The notes under the pieces were generated by a model. The model saw nothing but the letters and a program-made list of their open reading frames with translations. It made no database searches and was not told the DNA's origin. Made by a program: the position numbers and the translations under genes. A stretch of 64,000 bases of DNA, from the NCBI GenBank assembly GCA_964596415.1, contig CAZQSX010000001.1, positions 37,508 through 101,507 on the forward strand, in the 5' to 3' direction. The DNA comes from an uncultured Gammaproteobacteria bacterium (lineage in GTDB: Bacteria; Patescibacteriota; Microgenomatia; Levybacterales; GWA1-39-11). Positions 18,283 to 29,945 of this stretch are shown here, piece by piece (position 1 is the stretch's first letter; every line of letters starts with the position of its first letter).

Positions 18283-19656
18283 CTAAAGAACAAAGAAGAG
18301 AACCGATCCTGCTACTATAAAAAGTAAAGCTGCTCCTGTCAAGAGGATGCCTTGTTCTGTCGTGCCAGTTTGGGGTAGTGGAATTTTTGTTGGAACAAAA
18401 GTAGTTGGAGTAGGGCTTGCTGGAGTAAGTGTTTCATTTGGCGCTCCAACAGGAATCGATGTAACGGTTATGCCAGTTGGTGTTGGTGTAACCGTTGTAA
18501 GAGGCTCAGAGGTTGGACTCACCGTAACACTTTCTGTAGGTGTAGGCGTTGGAGTGGATGGCGTTAGTGTTGCAGAAGGAGTAGCAGTCTCTGCAATTTG
18601 AGAACCACTTGAAAATACAGAAAATTCCTGTTTAACACTTCTGCCACCGCTTGTAACAGAGATGGTGTGGTCACCGGTTGAGAGTGGTGCACTAGACCTA
18701 AAAGACCAGTTTCCATTAGGCGACGATCTTAATTGTGCTGCATTTTTACCATCAATAGCTATTCTGACAATACTTCCTGCCGGTGCGGTTCCTCTAAATT
18801 GTGGACGAACATCTATAAACGTTTCGTTTTCTTTTGGCGACAACACTTGGAGAGTATTTGAAATATTTGGGTCAGGCTCTTTGAAAAGTGAAGATGGAGT
18901 AGCCAGTAATTGTTCATTTATATCCGCTATGAATTCGTAATTTTCTGATAGACTAATTGGTGGTATTGAGCCATTTGGGATAAAAGTGGTAGTTATCGTA
19001 GATGTTAGATTTTTTTGCAGTGCTTGAATTTGAATATTAATATGTTCAGAAGTATCTAGGTATTTTGTTCCGTCACTCGTTTTTAATAATCGAGCAGGTA
19101 TTGAATAGTTTCCATCATTATCTGTGACAACGGATGTAAGCATTCCATCAGTGGGAGTTATAAGAATTAATGTGTCGGATCCCTTACTACCATCAGGTAA
19201 TAAAATTTTTCCTTGCATGCTTACATCCTCTGGTTTTTCTGATATTTTTTCTGATGTTTTTCCTTGAAACAATTCATCTGATTCTGGGTAGGCAGTTCCA
19301 TTTGAAAGAATTTTATACCCATAATTATTGTTCGGTTTGAGACCGGGAATTGTTATTTCATGGGAAAAATATGCTTTCTTTTCATCCCCATCTCTATCAT
19401 CAAACAATAATGTTTCGGTCCCATCAATCGTTAGAGATATTGCAGAAACTGTTTTTTCATGCGTTGTAAACGCAACAGTAAATGATGAGCCGGTTCTGTT
19501 TGTGACTGAAACATTTTGAGGTTCCTGGTCCGGGGTGGCTCTTGTTATGGTAAAAATTCCTTGATTTATTAAAAGCATTGTAGTTGCTATGCCGCCAATT
19601 AAAAGAAACAGCGCAAAAACTGTTGGTATTCTTCTATCAAAAAATCCTTTTTTCAT
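18283..19656 (-). CDS. surface protein with Fn3/Ig-like domains, P/T linker and an LPQTG + TM C-terminus
   Basis: N-terminal TM, HEITIPGLKP (Fn3), GNWSF...LSTGDHTI (Ig), TP repeats, LPQTG then a hydrophobic helix. Confidence 0.8.
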   Translation of the reverse strand: MKKGFFDRRIPTVFALFLLIGGIATTMLLINQGIFTITRATPDQEPQNVSVTNRTGSSFTVAFTTHEKTVSAISLTIDGTETLLFDDRDGDEKKAYFSHEITIPGLKPNNNYGYKILSNGTAYPESDELFQGKTSEKISEKPEDVSMQGKILLPDGSKGSDTLILITPTDGMLTSVVTDNDGNYSIPARLLKTSDGTKYLDTSEHINIQIQALQKNLTSTITTTFIPNGSIPPISLSENYEFIADINEQLLATPSSLFKEPDPNISNTLQVLSPKENETFIDVRPQFRGTAPAGSIVRIAIDGKNAAQLRSSPNGNWSFRSSAPLSTGDHTISVTSGGRSVKQEFSVFSSGSQIAETATPSATLTPSTPTPTPTESVTVSPTSEPLTTVTPTPTGITVTSIPVGAPNETLTPASPTPTTFVPTKIPLPQTGTTEQGILLTGAALLFIVAGSVLFFVL

Positions 19657-19660
19657 AATT

Positions 19661-19972
19661 TTAAAACTCTCCTTCTGCGGTTATTGTTGGTATTAAGTTT
19701 TGCTCCAAAAGAAGTGCTGATTTTGAAGATGTTGTCTCTTCCTCTGTTGTTGAGCTAATCGTTGACGGTTGTGATAGGTCAGCTTTTATCTGTTTTCTTT
19801 TTTTTAAATTTGAAATAGTTTCCCTATCAAAAGTTGCCTTGATAGGAACTATTTGAATTTGTGTAACTTCTGAAATTGTTGTTGTTGAGAAGTTGTGATA
19901 AATAGTTACTCCTATCCAAACAAGAACTATGAACGTTGTGAATATAGTAAGATAAACAAGATTTTTTAGCAT
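19661..19972 (-). CDS. small membrane-anchored protein in the pil operon
   Basis: Single N-terminal TM; lies immediately downstream of pilO. Confidence 0.6.
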   Translation of the reverse strand: MLKNLVYLTIFTTFIVLVWIGVTIYHNFSTTTISEVTQIQIVPIKATFDRETISNLKKRKQIKADLSQPSTISSTTEEETTSSKSALLLEQNLIPTITAEGEF

Positions 19973-19975
19973 AGC

Positions 19976-20611
19976 TTAATTAGTAATATCTTTTGAAAAA
20001 TATACTTTTCCGCCTATAGATGTTTTATATACGTTTCCTGAAATATTTCCCGTTGTTATTCTATCAATACTGATAACTCTATTAAATGAGATGATGGTAT
20101 TAATAAAGCTGTTTATGTTTTTTTCAGCGCCTACTGCTTCAAGCGAGAAAGTATATGAATAGAGATCGTTTGCATTATTCTCAAGCGGAAAAAATTCAAC
20201 AGTACCAGAGGTAAGTGATTGTATATTTACGTTATTATCTTGTGCGATTGTTTCAACCTGTCTCATAAACGTTGGAATTTGTGACGAGGATGGTACCGCA
20301 CCATAAATATAAGGAAGATCTTTTTCTAGTAATTTATATTCTCGAGTCAAATTAGCAAGAGCATTCAGCTTGGTTTCCAAGGCATCAGCTATTTTTTTAT
20401 TATCTTCATACTGTTTATTAAGCGTTGATATTGTTGAAAAGGCAGGCAGAAGAGCAAATATTCCAAAAATAGAAATGGTAAGAAAACTGAAAACAAGGTA
20501 TGTGTATGTAATTACTTTCTCTTTATTTACACCTGTACCCAAAGGAGTACTATTTGGATTTTTTCTTGGTTGAATTATTGGTTGTTGTGTATTTGAAGAT
20601 GTAGGTATCAT
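19976..20611 (-). CDS. pilO: type IV pilus assembly protein PilO-like
   Basis: TM, coiled coil, then AVPS...F....I..FNRVISIDRI; follows pilN. Confidence 0.75.
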   Translation of the reverse strand: MIPTSSNTQQPIIQPRKNPNSTPLGTGVNKEKVITYTYLVFSFLTISIFGIFALLPAFSTISTLNKQYEDNKKIADALETKLNALANLTREYKLLEKDLPYIYGAVPSSSQIPTFMRQVETIAQDNNVNIQSLTSGTVEFFPLENNANDLYSYTFSLEAVGAEKNINSFINTIISFNRVISIDRITTGNISGNVYKTSIGGKVYFSKDITN

Positions 20612-21162
20612 ACTTCTTTTTTGTTAGACAATAACTGTACAGTTATTCTGAACCGAACTCCCTGATCAAGCGTTGAAAGCTCCTCCATGGAGATTGTTTC
20701 AACATTTGGATTTTTTTTCAGCGCTTCAACAAATGAGTTAAGAGAAAAAACAGAACTTGCCTGACCATCAATTGCGACTGTGTTGTCAGTAAGGTTTAAA
20801 CTGTTTGAGAGTAGAGCGCTTTGAGAAGCAAGCGAGAGTATGTCTTTTAAGAATTGAACTTTGGTTTGCGTATCAGAGGTTATTGATTGGATAGTATCTA
20901 TGCGTGACTGTAGGTTTCTGAATTGTTTTTCTTGCTGAGCTTGTGCCTGAATAAAAATTTGCTGGTTTTTGATTTCGTCATTCAAGTCTACAATTTTTTG
21001 ATCTATAAAAAACCGATATCCAAGCGCACCAAGCGCGAGAAGCTCTATTACTATTACAATAATTCTTCCTCGGCTAATAGCCCATTTTATAAATATATTT
21101 CCAGTGTTGGTTTCCTTCTTTTTTCCAAGGTTAATATTGAGACGATAGGCGTCATTCTGCAT
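20608..21162 (-). CDS. pilN: type IV pilus assembly protein PilN-like
   Basis: LNINL motif, TM, coiled coil, then a IDGQA...FVEALK ferredoxin-like fold pattern. Confidence 0.75.
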   Translation of the reverse strand: MQNDAYRLNINLGKKKETNTGNIFIKWAISRGRIIVIVIELLALGALGYRFFIDQKIVDLNDEIKNQQIFIQAQAQQEKQFRNLQSRIDTIQSITSDTQTKVQFLKDILSLASQSALLSNSLNLTDNTVAIDGQASSVFSLNSFVEALKKNPNVETISMEELSTLDQGVRFRITVQLLSNKKEV

Positions 21163-21168
21163 AAATTT

Positions 21169-21197
21169 AGTTTAGATTGTTTTTGGGGGATTGTCAA
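21169..21197 (-). promoter_or_regulatory. sigma70 promoter of pilN (leaderless)
   Basis: Minus-strand TTGACA-17-TAAACT, 6 nt before the ATG. Confidence 0.7.
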
Positions 21198-21208
21198 AGA
21201 AAAAAAGC

Positions 21209-21529
21209 CTATTTTGTAGTTTTTTTAGAAGTTGTTTTTTTGACTGTTGATTTTGATTCAGGTTTTTTTTCTGTGGTTGTAGGTTTTGTTGTTTTTTTGG
21301 GAAGTAAGGTTGAAATTTTTGATTTTATTCTTGCAGCTTTATTTTTGTGGATAAGGTTTTTCTTAACAGCTTTGTCTACGAAAGAAAATGCAGCTGATGC
21401 AGCTTTTTGGGTTGGATTTTTTGTTGCTTCCTTTACTGCTTTTTCCACAGAAGCTCGAAACAGGTTATTTTCCTTTTCCTGTTTTTTATCTCGTCTCAAT
21501 TTTTTTATTGCAGATTTAATAACTGGCAT
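21209..21529 (-). CDS. rpsT: 30S ribosomal protein S20 with a K/T-rich tail
   Basis: PVIKSAIKKLR...VDKAVKKNLIHKNKAARIKS. Confidence 0.95.
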   Translation of the reverse strand: MPVIKSAIKKLRRDKKQEKENNLFRASVEKAVKEATKNPTQKAASAAFSFVDKAVKKNLIHKNKAARIKSKISTLLPKKTTKPTTTEKKPESKSTVKKTTSKKTTK

Positions 21530-21757
21530 AAATTAATTTGTGCCAGTAACATTCTTTACTGGCATAGTATGAAAAAATCAGCAAAAGCTGCTGACAAGTG
21601 GTATTGTACCATGCTATACTTGAAAAATAAAGCCCTGTGGGCTTGATTCGAGTTTGTTATTCTGCAGTTATTCCCATATATTCCGGTTTTGTTAGGAATA
21701 TAGATAAGGTTGCAGGATGGGCTTTTTTAAAATTACATAATTTGTAGACAATAATCT

Positions 21758-23401
21758 ATGCGAAAATTTTTTCAGAAAGGTCTTGGTGCGCTCACCTCAA
21801 AGCAAACTAATATTTTCTCTGCTGCTCTATTCATAATACTTACGACCGTATTTTCACAGTTTTTGGGACTTTTTAAATATAGGATTCTTGTTTCATTTTT
21901 TGGCGCATCTGAAGATTTAGGTGTATTTTTTGCTGCGTTTAGAATTCCAGACTTTATCTTTTCAGTCGTTATTGCAGGTGCTCTTTCAACTTCTTTTATT
22001 CCAATTTTTTCTGAATATGTAGCACAAAACAAAAGAAAAGAAGCAGATCTTTTTACCTCAAGTCTTTTAACGCTTGGGGTTCTATTTTATATTGTTGTAA
22101 GTATTATAATTATCATATTTGCACTCCCATTAAGCTCTGTTATCGCGCCTGGATTTTCTCCTGCAGAGCTGAGGCTTATGGCTCAGTTTATGATTGTAAT
22201 TCAGCTTGCACAGTTGTTTTTCATTTTAGGAACTGTTGCTACTGCCGTTCTTCAATCACTGCAACACTTTTTAATTCCCGGAATGGCAACTGCGTTTTAT
22301 AACTTAGGAATTATACTTGGACTACTACTTCTTGCTCCTTTTATCGGAATTTATGCAGCAAGCATAGGTGTTGTGATTGGATCGTTTTTGTTTTTTATTA
22401 TCCAAATACCAGTTCTTATTCATTCAGGGTTTCGGTATAGGCCTATTTTAGATTTTAAAAATGGGGTTATGAAGGTAATTCGCCTTATGGTTCCACGGTC
22501 TATGACTTTAATCGTTACGCAATTTGCAATAACAGCTAATGTTTTCTTTGCCTCATTTTTAGGAGCAAGAAGTCTTGTTATTTTTGATCTCGCGCAAACA
22601 CTCGTGCTAGCTCCTGTTGTTTTGTTTGGTCAATCAATTGCACAAGCGAGCTTTCCGGCTTTATCTCAGAAAACAAATGACAAAGAAACTTTTACGCATA
22701 TTTTTGTATCATCATTTACGCAAATTTTATATCTTACGCTTCCTATATCAGCGCTTCTTGCAGTGCTTCGGATTCCTGTTGTTCGGTTGTTTTTTGGCGC
22801 AAGCAGATTTGACTGGGTTGCAACGGTTGATACTGGACGAACACTCGCTTATTTTTCAGTTGCTATTGCCCCTGCAGCCCTTATTTATTTATTTGCTCGT
22901 GCTTTTTTTGCGTATAAAGACACAAAAACACCACTTATGGTAACGACTATTGCAGTAGGAGTAAATATTTTTCTTTCATACCTATTTTTACTTGTTTTAC
23001 ATCTTCCAATATTTTTTCTTGCAGCAGCGTATTCAATTTCTAACGTTTTAGCAATTGTGTTGTTGTTTATTTTACTTGACAGAAAAATCTTGCTTCCAAA
23101 AAAACAAATAATAACAGTAAGTGTGAAGATAGGCACTTGTGCATTTTTAACGGGAATTGCGCTTTATATTCCCATAAAACTTCTTGATCAATTAGTTTTT
23201 GATACAACAAGAACTATAAACCTAATACTTTTAACCGGAATTGCATCACTTGCTGGGTTTTTAACATACGTATTTTTTACGTGGATATTTAGAATTCAGG
23301 AGGCATCATACGTGTTGGCAGTGTTGAAGCGATTTAGTCAAGGGAAGAGTTCATTACGAGATATTAAAGAGATTATTGATGGTCCCAAGCAAACCCTCTA
23401 A
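21758..23401 (+). CDS. murJ: lipid II flippase
   Basis: FFAAFRIPD, SFIPIF and FFAYKDTKTP motifs; many TMs. Confidence 0.92.
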   Translation: MRKFFQKGLGALTSKQTNIFSAALFIILTTVFSQFLGLFKYRILVSFFGASEDLGVFFAAFRIPDFIFSVVIAGALSTSFIPIFSEYVAQNKRKEADLFTSSLLTLGVLFYIVVSIIIIIFALPLSSVIAPGFSPAELRLMAQFMIVIQLAQLFFILGTVATAVLQSLQHFLIPGMATAFYNLGIILGLLLLAPFIGIYAASIGVVIGSFLFFIIQIPVLIHSGFRYRPILDFKNGVMKVIRLMVPRSMTLIVTQFAITANVFFASFLGARSLVIFDLAQTLVLAPVVLFGQSIAQASFPALSQKTNDKETFTHIFVSSFTQILYLTLPISALLAVLRIPVVRLFFGASRFDWVATVDTGRTLAYFSVAIAPAALIYLFARAFFAYKDTKTPLMVTTIAVGVNIFLSYLFLLVLHLPIFFLAAAYSISNVLAIVLLFILLDRKILLPKKQIITVSVKIGTCAFLTGIALYIPIKLLDQLVFDTTRTINLILLTGIASLAGFLTYVFFTWIFRIQEASYVLAVLKRFSQGKSSLRDIKEIIDGPKQTL

Positions 23402-23451
23402 TTTTATTGTGTAACCTAGCCACATAGATTATAATTGCGAAGGAGAACTGT

Positions 23452-25212
23452 ATGAAAAACAACATTAGGAATTTTGCCATCATTGCTCACGTGGATCACG
23501 GGAAGTCTACCCTTGCTGATAGGCTCCTTGTTTTAACGGGGACTATTCGTCGTGAAGATATAGGTGAGCAGTTCTTAGATTCCAGTGAAATTTCCAGAGA
23601 ACGAGGTATTACCATAAAGCTTGCTCCGGTTCGGATGAATTATAGCTTGAACGGGCAAGAGTATATATTAGATTTAATTGATACTCCTGGGCATGTGGAC
23701 TTTTCCTATGAAGTTGTAAGAACGCTTTATGCATGCGAAGGTGCAGTTTTACTCGTGGATGCAACAAAGGGCATTCAAGCTCAAACTGTTGCCAATCTTA
23801 ATTTTGCAAAAAAACTTAACCTAACAATTGTTCCTGCAATTAATAAAATTGACCTTCCTATGGCACGAGTAGACGCCGTTGAGAAAACGATGGTTGATAG
23901 TCTTGGCTTTGAGAAAAGTGAGATCCATTATATTTCTGCAAAAACAGGTGATGGAGTTGAAGACTTACTAACTGCGGTAATCGATAAAATTCCGCCGCCT
24001 AAAGTGTCTGAAAATTCAAAAACGCAAGCTTATATTTTTGACTCAAAATATGATGAGCACAGGGGAATTGTTATCTTCGTTCGGCTTGAGTCTGGTGAAA
24101 TTAAGAAGGGTGATGAAATATTATTTTTAGCAGATAAGACTTCAGCGCAGATTATGGATATAGGCTTTATGAAACCCACCTTTTATTCAAGTGAAAAATT
24201 ATCTGCAGGAGAAGTGGGATACGTTATAACAAACATTAAAGATATTACGCAAGCAAAAGTTGGAGATACCATGACGCTATTAAAAGATCCAGCAGAACCG
24301 CTTCCTGGGTTTTTACCCATGAAACCGTTTGTATATTTATCTATATATCCAAGCTCGAATTCAGAATTTCAGAGCTTACGAAAAGCAATTTATAAATTAA
24401 AGCTTAATGATGCTGCGCTTACTATTTCACCTGAAATGTCTACGATTTTTGGACCAGGATTCAGATGTGGATTTTTAGGACTTTTGCATTCTCAAATTGT
24501 AATTGAGAGGCTTGAAAGGGAAGAAGGAATTGAGGTGTTTACGGCTCCTCCTACCATAGAATATAAAATAGATGGAAAAAGCATAACATCACCAAAAGAT
24601 TTTAATAATGGAGCATTTGAAATGCTTGAACCTTTTATATTGGGTGAAATCTATACTCCCGGTGATTATTTGGGGAACTTACTTGAGATAATAAACAGCA
24701 GGCGAGGTGTACAGAAAAATGTAGAGTATTTTGAAAATTTAGTAAAACTTACATTTGAAATGCCACTTGCTTCAGTGGTCTATGATTTTTATGACAAAAT
24801 AAAATCTGCTTCGAGTGGATTTGCATCTTTTGATTATGAAATAAAAGAATTTAGGCCTTCAAAGCTTGTCAGAGTAGATATATTTGTAAACGAGCAAAAC
24901 ATTCCAGAATTATCATTTATAGTTCACGAGTCAGAGGTAGAGTCGTTCAGCAGAAGAATTGTTGAGATATTAAGTAAGGAAATACCCAGGCATAATTTTG
25001 TGGTTGCAGTGCGTGCGCAAGTAGGAGGGAAAATAATAGCATCAGAAAAAATCTCAGCTTTGAGAAAAGATGTTACTGCAAAATTATATGGAGGGGATAG
25101 AACAAGAAAAGATAAGCTTTTAGAAGCTCAGAAAAAAGGTAAGGCTAAAATGAAAACGATCGGAAATGTGAATGTGCCAAAGGAGGCATTTTTGAGTGTT
25201 TTGAAAGTTTAG
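23452..25212 (+). CDS. lepA: elongation factor 4
   Basis: AHVDHGKSTLADR, DTPGHVDF, GFRCGFLGLLH and RKDVTAKLYGGD motifs. Confidence 0.97.
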   Translation: MKNNIRNFAIIAHVDHGKSTLADRLLVLTGTIRREDIGEQFLDSSEISRERGITIKLAPVRMNYSLNGQEYILDLIDTPGHVDFSYEVVRTLYACEGAVLLVDATKGIQAQTVANLNFAKKLNLTIVPAINKIDLPMARVDAVEKTMVDSLGFEKSEIHYISAKTGDGVEDLLTAVIDKIPPPKVSENSKTQAYIFDSKYDEHRGIVIFVRLESGEIKKGDEILFLADKTSAQIMDIGFMKPTFYSSEKLSAGEVGYVITNIKDITQAKVGDTMTLLKDPAEPLPGFLPMKPFVYLSIYPSSNSEFQSLRKAIYKLKLNDAALTISPEMSTIFGPGFRCGFLGLLHSQIVIERLEREEGIEVFTAPPTIEYKIDGKSITSPKDFNNGAFEMLEPFILGEIYTPGDYLGNLLEIINSRRGVQKNVEYFENLVKLTFEMPLASVVYDFYDKIKSASSGFASFDYEIKEFRPSKLVRVDIFVNEQNIPELSFIVHESEVESFSRRIVEILSKEIPRHNFVVAVRAQVGGKIIASEKISALRKDVTAKLYGGDRTRKDKLLEAQKKGKAKMKTIGNVNVPKEAFLSVLKV

Positions 25213-25673
25213 GATTTTAATTTTGCTGCTTCTTGTATGTAAGCTTTTGCATGGTTAAGGATGTTACTAGTTTGCCTTAGCTCAACGTGTGATAATGGCC
25301 TTCTTGCGCCCTGCATTGTACGATTATTCTTTCTTGCTATAATTTCATCTCTATAGCCTTCTCGTAGGGTAGCAACCTCTTCTTGAACGTCAAGAGTGGT
25401 TGTACCTATCTCAATAGAAATGGTAGGATTGCCAATCTCAAAAGAATTGTTAATCCTAACTGCTCTTTTTAGCAAAATATACCATTCGACTTTTTGTGTT
25501 TCTATGTCAGATGTTAAAGGGATGAGTACGGTATCAGCCCTAGACTTATCAGAAGTTTTTGTTTCCCTTTGTGGTGGTTGCGAAGATCGAATTATGTGAT
25601 CTGCATAGTCTAGTAACTCTGCAGGAGTTGGAGCTGGGAGATATCGATCTCTTTGCTCAAGTGCTTGTGACAT
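25209..25673 (-). CDS. hypothetical protein
   Basis: 154-aa ORF with TATAAT 6 nt upstream. Confidence 0.6.
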   Translation of the reverse strand: MSQALEQRDRYLPAPTPAELLDYADHIIRSSQPPQRETKTSDKSRADTVLIPLTSDIETQKVEWYILLKRAVRINNSFEIGNPTISIEIGTTTLDVQEEVATLREGYRDEIIARKNNRTMQGARRPLSHVELRQTSNILNHAKAYIQEAAKLKS

Positions 25674-25741
25674 GAGGAGATTATATAACCTGGAAATGTA
25701 AAGTCAAGAGTTGGGGAAATTAGAGAAACGGATGTTCTCTT

Positions 25742-26839
25742 TCAGAGAATGAAAAGGAAGGCGCCTACCACAACGGCAACTGCTGCGGCACCTGCAACCA
25801 TAAGCGCTGTTTCAAAAGTTCCTGTCACGGGAAGTGTGGGAACAGCTGTTCCGCCTGTACCACCAGTTGATCCACCTGTTGAGCCAGATCCTGAACCTGC
25901 AGTGATGGTAACTGTTTGCGTGCATGATCCAGCTGTGCTTGTGAGCCCTCCATCATCAGTAAGCGTTGCCGTTACGTTATAGGTGCCAGCAGTTGTAAAG
26001 GTATGAGCTATTTGAACATTTACTGAATTTGTTCCAATTCCTCCACCTGTTGTTACAGCTTGGGCAGGTCCGTCTCCAAAGTTGAATGAAGCATTAGAAA
26101 TGGTGCCTCCATTATCTGACCCAGTTGCTGTAAATATGATTGCGTAGGGTGCTGCTCCAGCTGCTGATCTATCAAGTGAAAGTGCGGTGCAGACAGGTGC
26201 TTGGTTTGCCAAAGGAGTCGGGCTTAAAGTTCCTGTGGGATTGGTTCCACCGACTCCACCGGTTGGAGTAGGGGAAAGATTAGTGCCATCAGTTACCGTG
26301 ACAGATGCTGTGCCTCCACCCTGGAGAACGTTTTCTGTTTCACCATCTGCTGAAGCAAGCGAAAATGCTTGTGATGGTGGGGTATCAAACTTAATAATAG
26401 ATGGACCACTTGTTAGTTTTTTACTTTTAACAGTCAAAGTTGCCGCTTTTGTAACGGTTTGGATTGCACGAGCAACATCATTTGATGTTGACATGGCAGC
26501 AGTTACTGTGCCTGATTGGATATCAGGGCCTTTTAAGCTTACTGGAAATGCTGTTTCATTTCTCTCTAGGCTTACAATTTCAAAAACGTCAGGATCAACG
26601 GAGATGGTTACATCTAGAATGGAGACTACGTTTTGTCCAGGATCTACAAAAATATCAAACGTTGCGGTTTCGCCAAGTCCTATTTCAGCAGTTGCCGGTT
26701 GGAATGAAAGGTTTGTGGAAGGCGCAGCTTTAGATTTAAGATTTGTTTGTTGACGAACTACAAAAAGCGTGACAGGAATAACGATTAGTAAAAGAAGTAT
26801 GTTTCCTAAGATAAACCATTTATTTTTTAAAATACCCAT
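25742..26839 (-). CDS. surface protein with cohesin-like and PKD domains and an LPVTG + TM C-terminus
   Basis: N-terminal TM then KSKAAP; beta-rich domain; FNFGDG...HTFTTAGTYNVT (PKD); LPVTG then a hydrophobic helix. Confidence 0.8.
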   Translation of the reverse strand: MGILKNKWFILGNILLLLIVIPVTLFVVRQQTNLKSKAAPSTNLSFQPATAEIGLGETATFDIFVDPGQNVVSILDVTISVDPDVFEIVSLERNETAFPVSLKGPDIQSGTVTAAMSTSNDVARAIQTVTKAATLTVKSKKLTSGPSIIKFDTPPSQAFSLASADGETENVLQGGGTASVTVTDGTNLSPTPTGGVGGTNPTGTLSPTPLANQAPVCTALSLDRSAAGAAPYAIIFTATGSDNGGTISNASFNFGDGPAQAVTTGGGIGTNSVNVQIAHTFTTAGTYNVTATLTDDGGLTSTAGSCTQTVTITAGSGSGSTGGSTGGTGGTAVPTLPVTGTFETALMVAGAAAVAVVVGAFLFIL

Positions 26840-26912
26840 AGAACAGGCAAGAAATATGCCTCTATCAGCGTATCCAATTTGGTATGTATTGTCAACTATT
26901 TGAAAAAAACAC

Positions 26913-26966
26913 TTGACAAAGAATGAAGTTTTTCTTAAAATTAGCAATCAGAAGACTAAATTGATA

Positions 26967-26967
<1 letters not shown>
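26913..26967 (+). promoter_or_regulatory. groES promoter with CIRCE-like operator
   Basis: TTGACA(26913)-17-TAAAAT; TTAGCAATC-N9-AATTGATAA at 26941..26967. Confidence 0.8.
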
Positions 26968-28984
<2,017 letters not shown>

Positions 28985-29083
28985 CGTAGAGAGATTAGAG
29001 CTTAGTGAATAGAGAATAGTTATTTTTCTATAGATTCGATTACCCACTCTTCATATTTTTCATTTAAACTACGTTCTCATTTA

Positions 29084-29118
29084 TACTGAATACTAAATAC
29101 AGTATACTTGATACTGAA
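29084..29118. repeat. degenerate heptamer tandem repeat
   Basis: TACTGAA TACTAAA TACAGTA TACTTGA TACTGAA. Confidence 0.8.
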
Positions 29119-29120
29119 TT

Positions 29121-29945
29121 ATGGTTGATGTGCATTGTCATTTAAATTTCTATAAATTTGAAAATGATTTTGATCAAGTGATAAAAGATGCATTTCAGGC
29201 TGGAGTTAAAACCATTGTTAATACGGGAACAAGTATTGAATCAAGTAAAAAAGCAGTTGATCTAGCCTCGAAATATCCTAATTTGTACGCTATTGTTGGT
29301 ATTCATCCGCATCATGCGGACAAATCAGATGAAAAATATGAGGGCTTGATGCCCGAGGATTGGCTGGAGCAACTCGAAAAATTAGCTAAAAATGAAAAGG
29401 TGATAGGAATCGGAGAAATAGGGATGGATTATTGGAATTACCGGACAAATGGGATAGTTCCAAAAGATTTGCAGGAAGATGCTTTTAGAAAACAAATTGA
29501 ACTTTCCATAAAGCTATCTCTTCCGCTTCAAATTCACACGCGTCTTGCGTGGGATGATACGCTTTCTATACTTTCTGATTATGTAAAAGACTTGCAGGAT
29601 GTGCCAGGAATGTTTCATTGCTTTTCAGGAAGTACTGAATTTGCAAAAAAAGTTCTTGACGCAGGTTTTTATGTAGGATTTGATGGGAACATTACGTATC
29701 CAGGTATTCCACCAGGAGAAAGTACTGCGTTGTCAGAACTTGTGAAGTATGTGCCAATTGAGCGTATAGTTACTGAAACAGATAGTCCATTCTTGTCACC
29801 ACAAATTCTTCGTGGAACCAGAAATACCCCTAAAAATGTTATAATTATAGCAGGGGAGATCGCCCGGTTAAAAGGTATATCCTTTGAAGAGGTAAATACT
29901 ATTACCACAAAAAACGCACAAACAGTTTTTAGAAACATTGTATGA
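29121..29945 (+). CDS. tatD: TatD family DNase
   Basis: DVHCHL, GIHPH, IGEIGMD, HCFSG and ETDSPFL motifs. Confidence 0.93.
   Translation: MVDVHCHLNFYKFENDFDQVIKDAFQAGVKTIVNTGTSIESSKKAVDLASKYPNLYAIVGIHPHHADKSDEKYEGLMPEDWLEQLEKLAKNEKVIGIGEIGMDYWNYRTNGIVPKDLQEDAFRKQIELSIKLSLPLQIHTRLAWDDTLSILSDYVKDLQDVPGMFHCFSGSTEFAKKVLDAGFYVGFDGNITYPGIPPGESTALSELVKYVPIERIVTETDSPFLSPQILRGTRNTPKNVIIIAGEIARLKGISFEEVNTITTKNAQTVFRNIV

Noticed and set aside
26187-26753. 188-aa plus-strand ORF and similar antisense ORFs (e.g. 18347, 21177, 28420, 40550, 50155)
   Set aside because: They are shadows of well-supported genes on the opposite strand and have no motifs.
26913-26966. N-terminal extension of GroES (likewise the extended starts of HrcA, PyrB, MetG and PcrA)
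   Set aside because: The extensions run through promoter or operator sequence; downstream ATGs fit better.
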